Part shown: in pieces, positions 17,394 through 27,097 of the stretch
Position numbering within the stretch: the stretch's first letter is position 1
Layout of the letters: each line of letters starts with the position of its first letter
Origin: a virus
Lineage: Duplodnaviria; Caudoviricetes
DNA length: 64,000 bases
Virus record (IMG/VR): IMGVR_UViG_2565956925_000004
Location: 6,955 to 70,954 of that record
Reading direction: 5' to 3' (one strand)
Notes under the pieces: generated by a model
What the model saw: only the letters and a program-made list of their open reading frames with translations
Databases searched by the model: none
Told to the model about the DNA's origin: nothing
Program-made: the position numbers and the translations under genes

Positions 17394-17457
17394 GGAACCT
17401 TATAAATATCGAGAAGGTTCAAACAACTACTCTTATAAAAATCCAAATTAAGGGTAG
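17394..17457 (+). promoter_or_regulatory. GGAAC-N30 element, copy 4
   Basis: GGAAC 17394-17398, (T)ACTCT 17429-17433, hairpin CTACTCTTA/TAAGGGTAG, ATG 17462. Confidence 0.7.
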
Positions 17458-17461
17458 TACC

Positions 17462-17818
17462 ATGCAAATTCAAATCGGTATAGATATTGTCTTAATTCTT
17501 GCATTTTCTGCGTATCTTTATTTCATAACGGGGTGGAATGGCAAAAATAAAGCGGCATCAATAAAACAATTTCGCCAAATTCCAATTAACCTTTTATTTA
17601 AAGAAATAAGATGGATGTACTTCGCTTGCATGGCATGCGTAATGATCACAATTATTTTAGTTGATTGGCGAATCTATTACGTTGCTTGCTACTTTGATGC
17701 ATTAAGCGTTTCGCTTTGGATCTTTCTAATCTATTTTTCTATTTTTTCTACTTATCAAATTGGCACTGCAATTTTACTAAAGCTTTTGACTATTTTTAGC
17801 AATAGAGCAACTTCCTAA
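17462..17818 (+). CDS. Small membrane protein (3 TM)
   Basis: Hydrophobic ORF; ATG 17462 with AAGGG RBS preferred over the TTG start at 17375. Confidence 0.6.
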   Translation: MQIQIGIDIVLILAFSAYLYFITGWNGKNKAASIKQFRQIPINLLFKEIRWMYFACMACVMITIILVDWRIYYVACYFDALSVSLWIFLIYFSIFSTYQIGTAILLKLLTIFSNRATS

Positions 17819-18156
17819 TGATCACAGCTAAGTCAATTTTAGACATGGTTGATTATTGGCTTAATCATCCTGTCAATGGGAAGTATGGGTCTGATTTTGG
17901 TGCACCTCTTTACGATTTGCTTATGGCTCCACTCGATGCAAGGGTTGCAGATAGCTTTCTAATTAAGATGAAAAAGGATCTGCCTTTATTATCTGAGCTT
18001 AATTCTGATCAATTAGCGCTTTACACAGAAACAGAAGGCTTTGAGACTGTCCATATTTATCTAAACATCATGAATGTGCCTATTGATCTTAACCAAGTAG
18101 CAGAACGACTAAGTAAACCAGTAACAGGTGAGACATATGACATTAACGCAAGCTAA
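17818..18156 (+). CDS. Baseplate wedge protein (gp25/W-like)
   Basis: WLNHPVNGKYGSDFGAPL..LL motif; precedes baseplate J-like gene. Confidence 0.6.
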   Translation: MITAKSILDMVDYWLNHPVNGKYGSDFGAPLYDLLMAPLDARVADSFLIKMKKDLPLLSELNSDQLALYTETEGFETVHIYLNIMNVPIDLNQVAERLSKPVTGETYDINAS

Positions 18157-19582
18157 TTTTGAAGCTCAGCTACAAGCAGCGATAGATGATTATGAGATTC
18201 AGGAACGTTACAAAGCTCAAGATCCATTAGTCGTTCACCAGCTGCGTTCTATGGCTAGTTTTTTGACTGCATTTGGTCCAGAAATCGATATTGCTTCAAT
18301 TGAACCCTTCACAAAAACTCGGGACCGCTCAATTATTGCGGATGCTACTAATAAAGGCATCTTGCCAATCGGAACGCCGTGCCAACACTTAGTAGAAATC
18401 ATAAATCGGTCAACAAATGCTGTTAGCTTAAGCCAAGGGCGAATGATTGAAGACCACAGCGGCGGTAGAGTATGGCGGTTACTTCAATCAATTACAGTTA
18501 AAGCTGGTGAAACGGCGGAAGTAATTGCAGAACAAAGTGAATATCGTGAAATAAAGTATGTGGTACCAGTAACTGAAGGGTTTCATAAATATCGAATAGA
18601 TCTTTTAGAGGATCTTTCACTTGCAAATATATCCATTAAGCAGGGCAATAATAACTATGTAATTAAGCCACGCTGGATGAATGTTGAACCTGGTGAATAT
18701 GCTGTAACAGTCACTACTGATAACCTTAGAAGACTGTTTATTGAATTTGGTGATTCTGAAAGAGCAGGTCGTACTCTAAAAGCCAATGATACGGTCACAA
18801 TTGGTGTCCTTGAGACTTACGGTGAGGTTGATGCAAATCGTTTAAAGGATGCTGCTTTACTTGATGTACTTACTAATGATGAACAGCGGGTATCAGTGCG
18901 TTTTAAAGCTGGTGGATTGATTAGAGAGGGGGTAGATCCGTTAGCTGTATCGGAATTGCGTTTATTATCAAGCTATCCATCACTTTACGATGAAGATGCG
19001 GTATTTCTCGGTAACTTTGACTATGTGGTTCGTAAAAAGTTCATGAAGCGGGCTCAATTTATTTCTGTTTGGAATGAAACGCTTCAAGAGCAACACTTTG
19101 CAATCACATACCGTGACATTAATCATTTAAATCTTGTGGTGGTTGCGAAGAATCCAGCAGAACAAGCTATCTTAGAACAAGATATCTGTCGATATATAGG
19201 TTTTTGCGATAACTTGTATGAAGGTAAGGTTAATGTACATGAAGTAGTTGAAAAGCCATTACCAATAGTAATCACTGGCACATTAGCCTCAGTACATAAT
19301 ACCGATATGGTCAAAACCCAGATTATTGAATTACTAGTTGAGCGCTATGGCCGTGAAGCACTTAGCTCAAGCCGTTGGTTAGTGAATGGTTTTAATAGTC
19401 AAGAAATGTCAAAGCTGATTAATGACAATATCGTAGCTTTCCAAGACCGGATGAGCGATTTCTCCATTAAACTTTCAAATGAGATTAATAAGCCTAATGA
19501 ATGGGTTTACATCACTAAGGACAGTATTGTAGTAAATATGGAGCGTACAGCTGATATTTCGGGGGCAACATGGACCCTATAA
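18137..19582 (+). CDS. Baseplate wedge J-like protein (P1 BplA/T4 gp6-like)
   Basis: RSIIADATNKG, IEFGDSERAGR, G.DP..VSELR motifs; context. Confidence 0.65.
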   Translation: MTLTQANFEAQLQAAIDDYEIQERYKAQDPLVVHQLRSMASFLTAFGPEIDIASIEPFTKTRDRSIIADATNKGILPIGTPCQHLVEIINRSTNAVSLSQGRMIEDHSGGRVWRLLQSITVKAGETAEVIAEQSEYREIKYVVPVTEGFHKYRIDLLEDLSLANISIKQGNNNYVIKPRWMNVEPGEYAVTVTTDNLRRLFIEFGDSERAGRTLKANDTVTIGVLETYGEVDANRLKDAALLDVLTNDEQRVSVRFKAGGLIREGVDPLAVSELRLLSSYPSLYDEDAVFLGNFDYVVRKKFMKRAQFISVWNETLQEQHFAITYRDINHLNLVVVAKNPAEQAILEQDICRYIGFCDNLYEGKVNVHEVVEKPLPIVITGTLASVHNTDMVKTQIIELLVERYGREALSSSRWLVNGFNSQEMSKLINDNIVAFQDRMSDFSIKLSNEINKPNEWVYITKDSIVVNMERTADISGATWTL

Positions 19583-20184
19583 ACTTTACACGTCCTATTG
19601 ATGAACACTATGTTAATGCTGGCTTACAAACGGCGCTTTCCAAGGCTTTTAAGCAAGTATTTGCCCAGAACTTTGAGCAGTCTATACAAGACCTACTAGA
19701 TTACGGCTGTCCGCATATCGGTAGTAAAACAGTTATAGAACGGTTCTCTAAACAAAATGGACTCGTGGTTTTAAGGCGTAATAACACCTCTGATACGTTA
19801 ATGCGAATTATCTATGCTAATTGGAGCAGCATGGGTAATAAAAGGGGATTAGCGTTTTTAGAGTTCGTTTTGCGTATGCTTTGGGGAAAAGATCATTATC
19901 AGATTGTTCGGCTTTGGCATAGCTTGGAAAAGCTAACAGATTATCCAGCTTATTTATCTGATATTGAGAAGCCAAATTATTTCTTAACTAGTCGGATTAG
20001 AATTGTTTTAGATAAAACAGTTGATGCAAATGAAGTGGTAGAGCTGTCACCTATATTACGGCGTTTAGTACCAGCCAATATTGTTGTTAAAGTTCACTCA
20101 ATGGCATTTGATAGAGATTTAGGCGCGACAAGCTTTGCGGCGGCAATAGCAGCTAAGCCATATGCAGTTTATAACTTCCTTTAA
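19570..20184 (+). CDS. Baseplate protein (tail I-like)
   Basis: RGLAFLEFVLRMLW; LRRLVPANI; follows J-like gene. Confidence 0.55.
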   Translation: MDPINFTRPIDEHYVNAGLQTALSKAFKQVFAQNFEQSIQDLLDYGCPHIGSKTVIERFSKQNGLVVLRRNNTSDTLMRIIYANWSSMGNKRGLAFLEFVLRMLWGKDHYQIVRLWHSLEKLTDYPAYLSDIEKPNYFLTSRIRIVLDKTVDANEVVELSPILRRLVPANIVVKVHSMAFDRDLGATSFAAAIAAKPYAVYNFL

Positions 20185-20191
20185 TTGGATT

Positions 20192-20255
20192 GGAACTGTT
20201 TAGTTCGAGCTCAAAGACAAAATGATTTCATAGTCCTGTTCATTAGTTCAGGACT
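20192..20255 (+). promoter_or_regulatory. GGAAC element, copy 5 (spacer about 33)
   Basis: GGAAC 20192-20196, CATAGT 20229-20234, hairpin AGTCCTG/CAGGACT, ATG 20263. Confidence 0.65.
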
Positions 20256-20262
20256 TTTTTAT

Positions 20263-20721
20263 ATGCAACAAGCTCAAGAAAATGTTTTAGTAGGAATCGC
20301 AGAACCTATCAATGGTCAAGGAGAAAACTTATTAATTGATCATTTCTTAGGATATGCAAACCAAAAATTAGAACCACAAGAAATTGATAAAGTTGTAAAT
20401 GGGGAAGCGGTAGAGGGCATTACAGCTTATGCTCAAGGCCATTACTATAAGATTTCAGCAAATCCTGAAACTCAAAATGCAAAAGATTTTGAAATCAGTC
20501 TTCATTTTCAGGATGGCCCAATTCCAGAACATGGTGTGAATGGGGTGACCAGTGAAGCATTGTTAAAAGTACTTATTCACCGTACTAAAACCTTGGATGA
20601 AAAGTTCCCAAGTGAGTTCAACAAACAAGCAATCATTTATATGGAAAGTGCGTTAGAAGAGTTCAATAAGCGTACAGCTGAGCGCCGTGCTCGTGGTGTC
20701 GAAGGCACTCTTCTTAAGTAA
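20263..20721 (+). CDS. tad1: Tad1-like anti-defence sponge protein
   Basis: HYYKI...FQDGP...GVNGVTSEALL.VLI.R...F.S..N..AI..ME.AL...NKR..ER.ARGVEGT matches the Tad1 pattern. Confidence 0.7.
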   Translation: MQQAQENVLVGIAEPINGQGENLLIDHFLGYANQKLEPQEIDKVVNGEAVEGITAYAQGHYYKISANPETQNAKDFEISLHFQDGPIPEHGVNGVTSEALLKVLIHRTKTLDEKFPSEFNKQAIIYMESALEEFNKRTAERRARGVEGTLLK

Positions 20722-20732
20722 TTGGGTGAAGT

Positions 20733-20960
20733 ATGCGATTAAAAATCTTTTGTCGAAAGCGTGGTTGTTCCCAATTAATTGACTTATCTCAAATGGATTG
20801 TTTGCAAGTCTCCCAAAGTGATCATAGAGGCGGTATGGTTAGTGAGAGCTTTTATGATGTTTTTATCTCTCTAAAAAGTGGATACATCTTTGATGCAACT
20901 ATTGAAGATAAACAACATGACAAACTATTGGAATTGATTGAGTGTGATCAAAAGATTTGA
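20733..20960 (+). CDS. Small hypothetical protein
   Basis: 75-aa ORF in operon. Confidence 0.6.
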   Translation: MRLKIFCRKRGCSQLIDLSQMDCLQVSQSDHRGGMVSESFYDVFISLKSGYIFDATIEDKQHDKLLELIECDQKI

Positions 20961-20963
20961 TCT

Positions 20964-21028
20964 GGAACTGATTAAATTTCGACTATAGAACAATTGAAAC
21001 AATAGCCTCAATCACAGCATTGGGGCTT
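20964..21028 (+). promoter_or_regulatory. GGAAC-N30 element, copy 6
   Basis: GGAAC 20964-20968, ACAAT 20999-21003, hairpin AGCCTCAAT/ATTGGGGCT, ATG 21033. Confidence 0.8.
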
Positions 21029-21032
21029 TTTT

Positions 21033-21938
21033 ATGGCTAGCAAAAATAGAAAGACTAAAGTTCTCTCTTACAATCTACACGATCGGTGCCGTAAATATAC
21101 TGGTGTTGATCGAAGTAATGTCGATGTTGATGTAATGATCAACTTGATTAACAGTAATCATGTACAAGAAATGGTTGCAACTAACTCTTTACAAGGGTTT
21201 TACGGTCATCAAATTCGACAACGTTACGGTATGGTACCGCCTGAAACTGTTCCTATTAAAGGTAAATTGGTATATCTAGCCCCAGCGCTTAAAACAATTC
21301 AATTACGTGCTTCACAAGATGGGACTGTAGAGCATCAAGAAGAATTTTTTGACAATGAACCAGGTGAACTTGCATTAAGACAATATGCCGCACAAGCAGG
21401 TGGGTTCAGCACAGCAGTTAACTATAAGAGATTAGGTGGTCGTCTTATTCCTACTGGCTTTTTTGGTTTTGACTATGTGTCACAACCTAACTATGCAAGT
21501 AATGTAGGTGACGGTCAGTTATTTGATGGTTTATTTGTTCCTGAAGAACCAGAGGGTGTAATTTCTTGCTTTGATAGTGCAACAGATTTTTCTCAGTTAT
21601 CACAACCCGAAATTATCATTGCTCAATTACTTGAAGATCAAATCTTACAGACATACGACAATATCAATAGCCAGCTTCATCTTTTAAACGAGTTAGGAAA
21701 TGCTCAAGGGTTAGTAGGTGAACTATCTGAAGTAGTTGATAAGCAAAAACGAATACAACAACTTAGAGAAGAACGCAAAAAAGAACTCTATACGGGTATG
21801 GTAAATCCTGTGATGAGCTTTGATTCAGTTCAACAACAAGCTGAACAAATATTGCAATCCATGGATCAGCCAACCCTAAAAGAGAAATCTAAAAAACCAA
21901 AAAAATCTTTTGGCAATATTTTTAGCGTATGGGGGTAA
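21033..21938 (+). CDS. Prohead protease (P1 Pro-like)
   Basis: GFYGH..R, VEHQEEF..NEPG, AGGFS, F.GFDYV..PNY pattern shared with P1 Pro. Confidence 0.7.
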   Translation: MASKNRKTKVLSYNLHDRCRKYTGVDRSNVDVDVMINLINSNHVQEMVATNSLQGFYGHQIRQRYGMVPPETVPIKGKLVYLAPALKTIQLRASQDGTVEHQEEFFDNEPGELALRQYAAQAGGFSTAVNYKRLGGRLIPTGFFGFDYVSQPNYASNVGDGQLFDGLFVPEEPEGVISCFDSATDFSQLSQPEIIIAQLLEDQILQTYDNINSQLHLLNELGNAQGLVGELSEVVDKQKRIQQLREERKKELYTGMVNPVMSFDSVQQQAEQILQSMDQPTLKEKSKKPKKSFGNIFSVWG

Positions 21939-21940
21939 TA

Positions 21941-22744
21941 ATGAAGTACCCCAACGATTCGCTTAAATGCATCCAAAACGCTTGGTATAAGCAGCTTGTG
22001 AATTTTCGTGCTTCCTATATGCCAGAGACACAATTAACGGCTGACTGGAAATTGAGAGCTATTGGCGATGCTATAAAAGCATGTCCGTCACGGATGATGG
22101 ACGATTCAGAAGCAATGCTATCTGAATACAGAAAAAGCCAAAAGCATGATGAAGTGTCGAAAGTACTTTTACCCGTAATGCTCACTGCAACAGCGCTAAC
22201 GGATCAACCCCCTGATGTTAATCAATTACTTCCAGTACCAGATTTTGTTGAAACGGTAATTGATGAGAAGCGGGTAAAAGTACGTCTGGTGCCAACAACT
22301 GTACGTGCTCAAATCGCATTCTTTGCCACCAATCCCAACGATCTACGTTCAGTCATTGGGCAATTTTGCGCGTACATGTCTAGCAATGATAACCGTCGTT
22401 TTAATGTGCCATTTCAGCAATGGAATGATCATGTAGTTAATTCAACATTCACTGTTTTTGAAAATGAACTTTTTCCATCACCAGTCCCAAGCGAAGCAAT
22501 CAATCTTTCTATCTCAACTGTAGATATTCAGCTCGTGGGTTATACACCTAACGTCATCGGTTTCGGTGGTCCATTCGACCAAAACACAGGTAATGGTTAT
22601 GAACCTGACGGCTCAGCAACGGAACAGCCCGCAATCAACGACAAAGTTGTAGTGCAAGCTGATCAGTACACATCACTCGATCACCAGCGTGTGAAGGGTG
22701 ATAGAGAAACAGGTGAAATTACAGTTGAGCGTATAGATGACTGA
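21941..22744 (+). CDS. Putative tail/neck structural protein
   Basis: Coupled ORF in structural operon. Confidence 0.5.
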   Translation: MKYPNDSLKCIQNAWYKQLVNFRASYMPETQLTADWKLRAIGDAIKACPSRMMDDSEAMLSEYRKSQKHDEVSKVLLPVMLTATALTDQPPDVNQLLPVPDFVETVIDEKRVKVRLVPTTVRAQIAFFATNPNDLRSVIGQFCAYMSSNDNRRFNVPFQQWNDHVVNSTFTVFENELFPSPVPSEAINLSISTVDIQLVGYTPNVIGFGGPFDQNTGNGYEPDGSATEQPAINDKVVVQADQYTSLDHQRVKGDRETGEITVERIDD

Positions 22745-22937
22745 CTTAATCGATAAGGCACAAGAAAGTGCTGATTATTTATTGCAGCAAGAAATTGCAA
22801 ATCGATGCCGTTTTGACGGCGAATCTGAAAAAGAATGTGTTGAATGTGGTGAAGAAATACCAGAGCGCCGCCGTGCTTTAGGTGGCGTGAAATTCTGCAT
22901 TGAATGCCAAACCAAGTTAGAACGCAAACGGCGCTAA
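22737..22937 (+). CDS. TraR/DksA C4 zinc-finger protein
   Basis: DLIDKAQE...CVECGEEIPERRRALGGVKFCIECQ. Confidence 0.9.
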   Translation: MTDLIDKAQESADYLLQQEIANRCRFDGESEKECVECGEEIPERRRALGGVKFCIECQTKLERKRR

Positions 22938-22948
22938 GGATACTAGTA

Positions 22949-23461
22949 ATGTCTGGAATTATTCGTATAGACAGCCGTGTTGCTGGGTTTTCAGATCAAC
23001 CAATTCGTCTCATTGGAGCCGCATTTGCAGATACTGGTGAGCTTGTTATTCAAAAAACAGTCGTTTATTCAAATTTACCTGTACCAAGTGATTTAAGAGA
23101 TCAAACGGTTGTTGTTACTGACTCACCTGAACAAGTACAGAATTGGCAATTAAGTTTCAATGCTAAAGAGCATTTAGAAGAAGTGATTTCAATTTACCAA
23201 GCTCGTTACAGAGCAAAGTTAATTGAAATTGAGCCGAAGCTAAACCAGTACAACCCTAAGAACGTACTTGAAATCCGTAAGGTCGATAAAAACGGCCTTC
23301 AGCAGGAATTTGATAGCAGTAGCTTAAACAACGGCCACATTGCAATCCTGTTAGCAGTTTGGGCTAGTACAAAAATTGCTAAAGGCTTTTCGATTACTGA
23401 AGGGAATCAGTTTGAAGAAGATGCTGTAGATCCAACAATGCTTCCTTTTTCAATCTTTTAG
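22949..23461 (+). CDS. Hypothetical phage protein
   Basis: AAGGA RBS; ORF upstream of the terminase. Confidence 0.65.
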   Translation: MSGIIRIDSRVAGFSDQPIRLIGAAFADTGELVIQKTVVYSNLPVPSDLRDQTVVVTDSPEQVQNWQLSFNAKEHLEEVISIYQARYRAKLIEIEPKLNQYNPKNVLEIRKVDKNGLQQEFDSSSLNNGHIAILLAVWASTKIAKGFSITEGNQFEEDAVDPTMLPFSIF

Positions 23462-23480
23462 TTAATGGTGTTTTTACGGT

Positions 23481-25493
23481 ATGGCTTTGGCACCATTAAA
23501 AGAAATTCCCGAATGGTGGGAACTTTGTGAGCGTTATCGATACGACATCTATGCTTTCGCCGTAGAAGCATTAGGTGTCGAACCCACATGGCAACAAGAA
23601 TTACTTTTTGAATCTATTGCATTTGATGGTAGTCGTACATCCGTAGCTTCAGGTCACGGTTGTTTTGGTAAAGGGACATTAATCAAATTATCCAATGGGG
23701 ACTTTATCCCAGTTGAGCGGATTAATTTAAATCACAAGATCCTTGCTGCTGATGGTAAAACAGAACTAGAGGTAATTAAAACAGTAACCGGTTATCAAGA
23801 AATGTACCGGTTTGAATATGAGAATGGTAAAGCTCATACCTTCAATAAATCCCACATACTTTGCTTAATTTCTTTATACGATGGTAACGGCTGGTCGAAG
23901 GGCGACAAGATTGAATTACTTGTTTCTCAATACCTGAACTTAAAGCCAGAAAATAGAGAACAGTTTGCATCTTATAGGCTTATAGATGGTGAACATAAGC
24001 CTTTAAAAATCACATCTGTTGCCGAGCTTGGTGAAGGCAAATATTACGGTTTTGTACTCGATCCAGATCCATTTTTCTTAGGTGAAGATGACTTAGTACT
24101 ACATAACACTGGTAAAACGGCCAGTGCCGGTATTGTTGCCTTATGGCATCTCTTGTTTTTTGATGAATCAATCATGATGTTTACTGCTCCGCAGATTGGG
24201 CAGTTAAAGAAACAAGTCTGGAAAGAAATCAGTATCAATCTAGCACGATTGAAGCAAGGCCCTTTGGCTTGGCTTGCTGATTATGTTGGGTACCAGTCTG
24301 AACTCGTTTACATCAAAGGCTACAAAGAAAAATGGTATGTCTTTGCTAAGACAGCACCAAAACATCAACCCACGAACTTAGCTGGTAACCACGGCGACAA
24401 CTATATGGTCTGGGTCGATGAGGCCAGCGGTGTAGATGATGCTGTACTTGATGTAGCGTTTGGTGCATTAACTCACGAAGACAACCGTGCTGTAATGACG
24501 TCGCAACCTACCCGTAATGCGGGTATGTTCTATGAGACTCATCACAAGTTAAGTCATCGAGCTGGGGGTGTTTGGATTGCACTCACATTTAACGGGGAAG
24601 AGTCACCACTTGTTAGTAAGCAATCTTTAGAAGAACAACGGCAAAAGTATGGAAGCCGAGAAGATGCTCAGTATAAGATCCGTGTTCTAGGTGAATTCCC
24701 AGACTTATCTGATGAGTTCTTAATTACTAAACGTCAAACAGAAGAAATGTATGTTGGCGCGAGTATTTTTGAGGATCATCAATTTGGTTATGTCATTACG
24801 GTAGACGTTGGTGGTGGTGTTGGCCGAGACGATTCTGTAATTGTTGTTTCTAAAGTTTGGGGTGAATCCCAATGGGGAGAACGTGCACGCCGTGTAGAGG
24901 TTGTAGATATACCTTTGTGCAAAAACAGAGATGATATCTTAGAACTATTCGCAAAGATTAATGAGCTACTTTTACAGTATCCAAATGCTAACTTGGTAGT
25001 AGATGACAACGGGGCAGGTAAAGGTTTAGGTCAGTATCTTAAAAAGCAAGGTATTTTCTACGTTCCTGTTTATTGGGGCTCACAATGTTTTAGTAATGAC
25101 AATAGAAAAGAGTTTACGAATAAACGGTCGTTAGCTTATGTGGGCTTAGCACGAGCAATCGCTAGTGGTCGTTTTAAAATGAAAACGAAGAAACACAACG
25201 TGAAAATTAAAGACCAATTAATTCACGTTCCATACCGTTTTGATGACTTTGCACGTTACAAAATCTTGAGTAAAGATGAAATGAAACGAATGGGAATTAA
25301 GTCGCCAGACTTGGGTGATGCTTTTGCCTTCTTATTCCTTGAGAACGTTCATTACACAGAAGCTTATGAAACAGTCAATGTTACAGATGATACCCCTGAA
25401 GGCCGAGAACAGGCAGAACGTAAGTCAAGATTCAGTGCTTTAAGAGATGCAGCTGAAAAAGATAATGATCAATCTAGTGGAACTGACCAGTAA
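23481..25493 (+). CDS. terL: Terminase large subunit (P1 PacB-like) containing an intein
   Basis: SGHG|...|TGKT P-loop, VWVDEASG Walker B, VDVGGG..DDS nuclease, SPDLGDA C-terminal motif. Confidence 0.9.
   Translation: MALAPLKEIPEWWELCERYRYDIYAFAVEALGVEPTWQQELLFESIAFDGSRTSVASGHGCFGKGTLIKLSNGDFIPVERINLNHKILAADGKTELEVIKTVTGYQEMYRFEYENGKAHTFNKSHILCLISLYDGNGWSKGDKIELLVSQYLNLKPENREQFASYRLIDGEHKPLKITSVAELGEGKYYGFVLDPDPFFLGEDDLVLHNTGKTASAGIVALWHLLFFDESIMMFTAPQIGQLKKQVWKEISINLARLKQGPLAWLADYVGYQSELVYIKGYKEKWYVFAKTAPKHQPTNLAGNHGDNYMVWVDEASGVDDAVLDVAFGALTHEDNRAVMTSQPTRNAGMFYETHHKLSHRAGGVWIALTFNGEESPLVSKQSLEEQRQKYGSREDAQYKIRVLGEFPDLSDEFLITKRQTEEMYVGASIFEDHQFGYVITVDVGGGVGRDDSVIVVSKVWGESQWGERARRVEVVDIPLCKNRDDILELFAKINELLLQYPNANLVVDDNGAGKGLGQYLKKQGIFYVPVYWGSQCFSNDNRKEFTNKRSLAYVGLARAIASGRFKMKTKKHNVKIKDQLIHVPYRFDDFARYKILSKDEMKRMGIKSPDLGDAFAFLFLENVHYTEAYETVNVTDDTPEGREQAERKSRFSALRDAAEKDNDQSSGTDQ
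23661..24107 (+). mobile_element. Mini-intein (149 aa, no homing endonuclease) in the terminase P-loop
   Basis: Starts CFGKGT, ends YYGF.LD....FFL..D.LVLHN followed by Thr; removing it restores SGHGTGKT. Confidence 0.92.
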
Positions 25494-25544
25494 TACTGCA
25501 TGAAGCCATAACTACTATAGATCAATAAATCTTATGGGTGGGTT
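25479..25544 (+). promoter_or_regulatory. GGAAC-N30 element, copy 7 (inside terminase 3' end)
   Basis: GGAAC 25479-25483, (T)ACTAT 25514-25518, ATG 25545. Confidence 0.7.
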
Positions 25545-27083
25545 ATGGCTATTAACTTCTTTTTAACTGACGCAGGTCGGAATGCATTAAATAAAGTGGG
25601 TGATGTCGCTAGTTTTGGTGGGGAGCTGACACATCTTGCTGTAGGTACTAGTAAATTTGATGCATCAGTTGAAGCAAAGAACTTAACTTCACTTAAAAAT
25701 GAATTAGCCAGATTTTCTCTTAACGGTGGTGGTGTAGATACTGAAACAGGCACTTTGCGTTTTGTGATGAGTATTGAGCCAACTTTAACAATGGAAGTGT
25801 TTGAGATGGGTATATACCTATCAGATGGCACTTTGCTTGCTGTAGCTTCAACTACAGAAGCTCAATCAATCATGTCTTTACATGCAAACGTAGTAGCCAT
25901 TGTTACATTCGGATTTGTTTTAACTGACGTTAATTTAAAAAACGTAACTATCAAGATTGATCCAAACACACCAATTGCTGTGATGTTGATGAATCAGCAT
26001 AGTGCAGATGAAGACCCACACCCACAATACGCTGCATTAATCCGTAAACTTATGACTGAACACAATCAGCATGAGGATCCTCACCCCCAATATGCATTTG
26101 AGAAGGACGTAAAAGCCAAAGACGATGATTTACAACATCAGATTGATGATCTAGATCTTGGTTCCAAAAACTTATTACAGCAGCTAATCGATTTTAAGAA
26201 AAACTTAGATGCTCAATATCCAAAATTGATTGGAGCAGGTGTAAATATTGGTAGCACTGCAACAATTGAATTAGGTGGCAAAGTTACTGATTTACGTGAT
26301 TCAAAGTATGCAATCTATTTAACTCCAGAAAGTTCACATGAAGCTTGGGAGCTTACACGTGCGGAAAAAGGGTTCTCATATAAAGTTTGGGAGCGCTCAG
26401 GGCAAAACCGTATTGGATATGCAGGCACAGTGAATTGGTCAGTTATTCAGGTTGCTGCAGAAACACTAAACGATGGAAACGGCGATTACACAGTACCAGG
26501 TGTTTATATCATTCCAATTCAACCTAAAGAACAAAAAGAATTCATTTTAGTGGGTGCTGGCGGTGCTGGCGGTGGCAGTGTATGGGAGTTAGGAGCAATG
26601 GCTCATGGGACCAATGGTACAGATACACGCTTACGTTTAAATGAGCTCGATTTGGCGGTTGTTGGTGGGGGTAAAGGCGGTACAAGTGGTCAGTGGTCGA
26701 ATGGTAGTGCTTTCTCAAATGGTGCTGGCGGTTTAGCTGGAACAATTACTATCACATCTAGTATTACAGAGCTTTCAAGAAAATTAGGTATTGCTGGTAC
26801 AGCTGCAAACCAATTGAATCACATGGGCGGTGCATCTGTAAGTCCAGTATCAAACTGGGGTGCAGGTGGGGATGGTGCTAATGGTGTAGGAGATGACGGC
26901 TGGGCACTTGGTGGTGGTGGTGCAAGTGGTGGTTTACTCATTTGCCGATATTCTAATTCAACCGAAAAAACTCAGTACATGACTTTAGTTGTCGGCGAAG
27001 CTGGTCACACTACTGAAAGTAACGGCAACAGCGGTAAAGCGGGTATTGGTGGCTTTGCGCGTGTAAGTACTGTTAAAGCTTAA
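25545..27083 (+). CDS. Tail fibre/collar protein with Gly-rich C-terminal domain
   Basis: LTDAGR..L, E.GIYL.DGTLLAV collar domain; two H..DPHPQY repeats; GAGGAGG Gly-rich domain. Confidence 0.8.
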   Translation: MAINFFLTDAGRNALNKVGDVASFGGELTHLAVGTSKFDASVEAKNLTSLKNELARFSLNGGGVDTETGTLRFVMSIEPTLTMEVFEMGIYLSDGTLLAVASTTEAQSIMSLHANVVAIVTFGFVLTDVNLKNVTIKIDPNTPIAVMLMNQHSADEDPHPQYAALIRKLMTEHNQHEDPHPQYAFEKDVKAKDDDLQHQIDDLDLGSKNLLQQLIDFKKNLDAQYPKLIGAGVNIGSTATIELGGKVTDLRDSKYAIYLTPESSHEAWELTRAEKGFSYKVWERSGQNRIGYAGTVNWSVIQVAAETLNDGNGDYTVPGVYIIPIQPKEQKEFILVGAGGAGGGSVWELGAMAHGTNGTDTRLRLNELDLAVVGGGKGGTSGQWSNGSAFSNGAGGLAGTITITSSITELSRKLGIAGTAANQLNHMGGASVSPVSNWGAGGDGANGVGDDGWALGGGGASGGLLICRYSNSTEKTQYMTLVVGEAGHTTESNGNSGKAGIGGFARVSTVKA

Positions 27084-27097
27084 ATAGGTGAAACAGT

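Noticed and set aside
25545-27083. P1-style invertible tail-fibre segment or diversity-generating retroelement
   Set aside because: No invertase, inverted fibre copy, reverse transcriptase or TR/VR pair seen in the window
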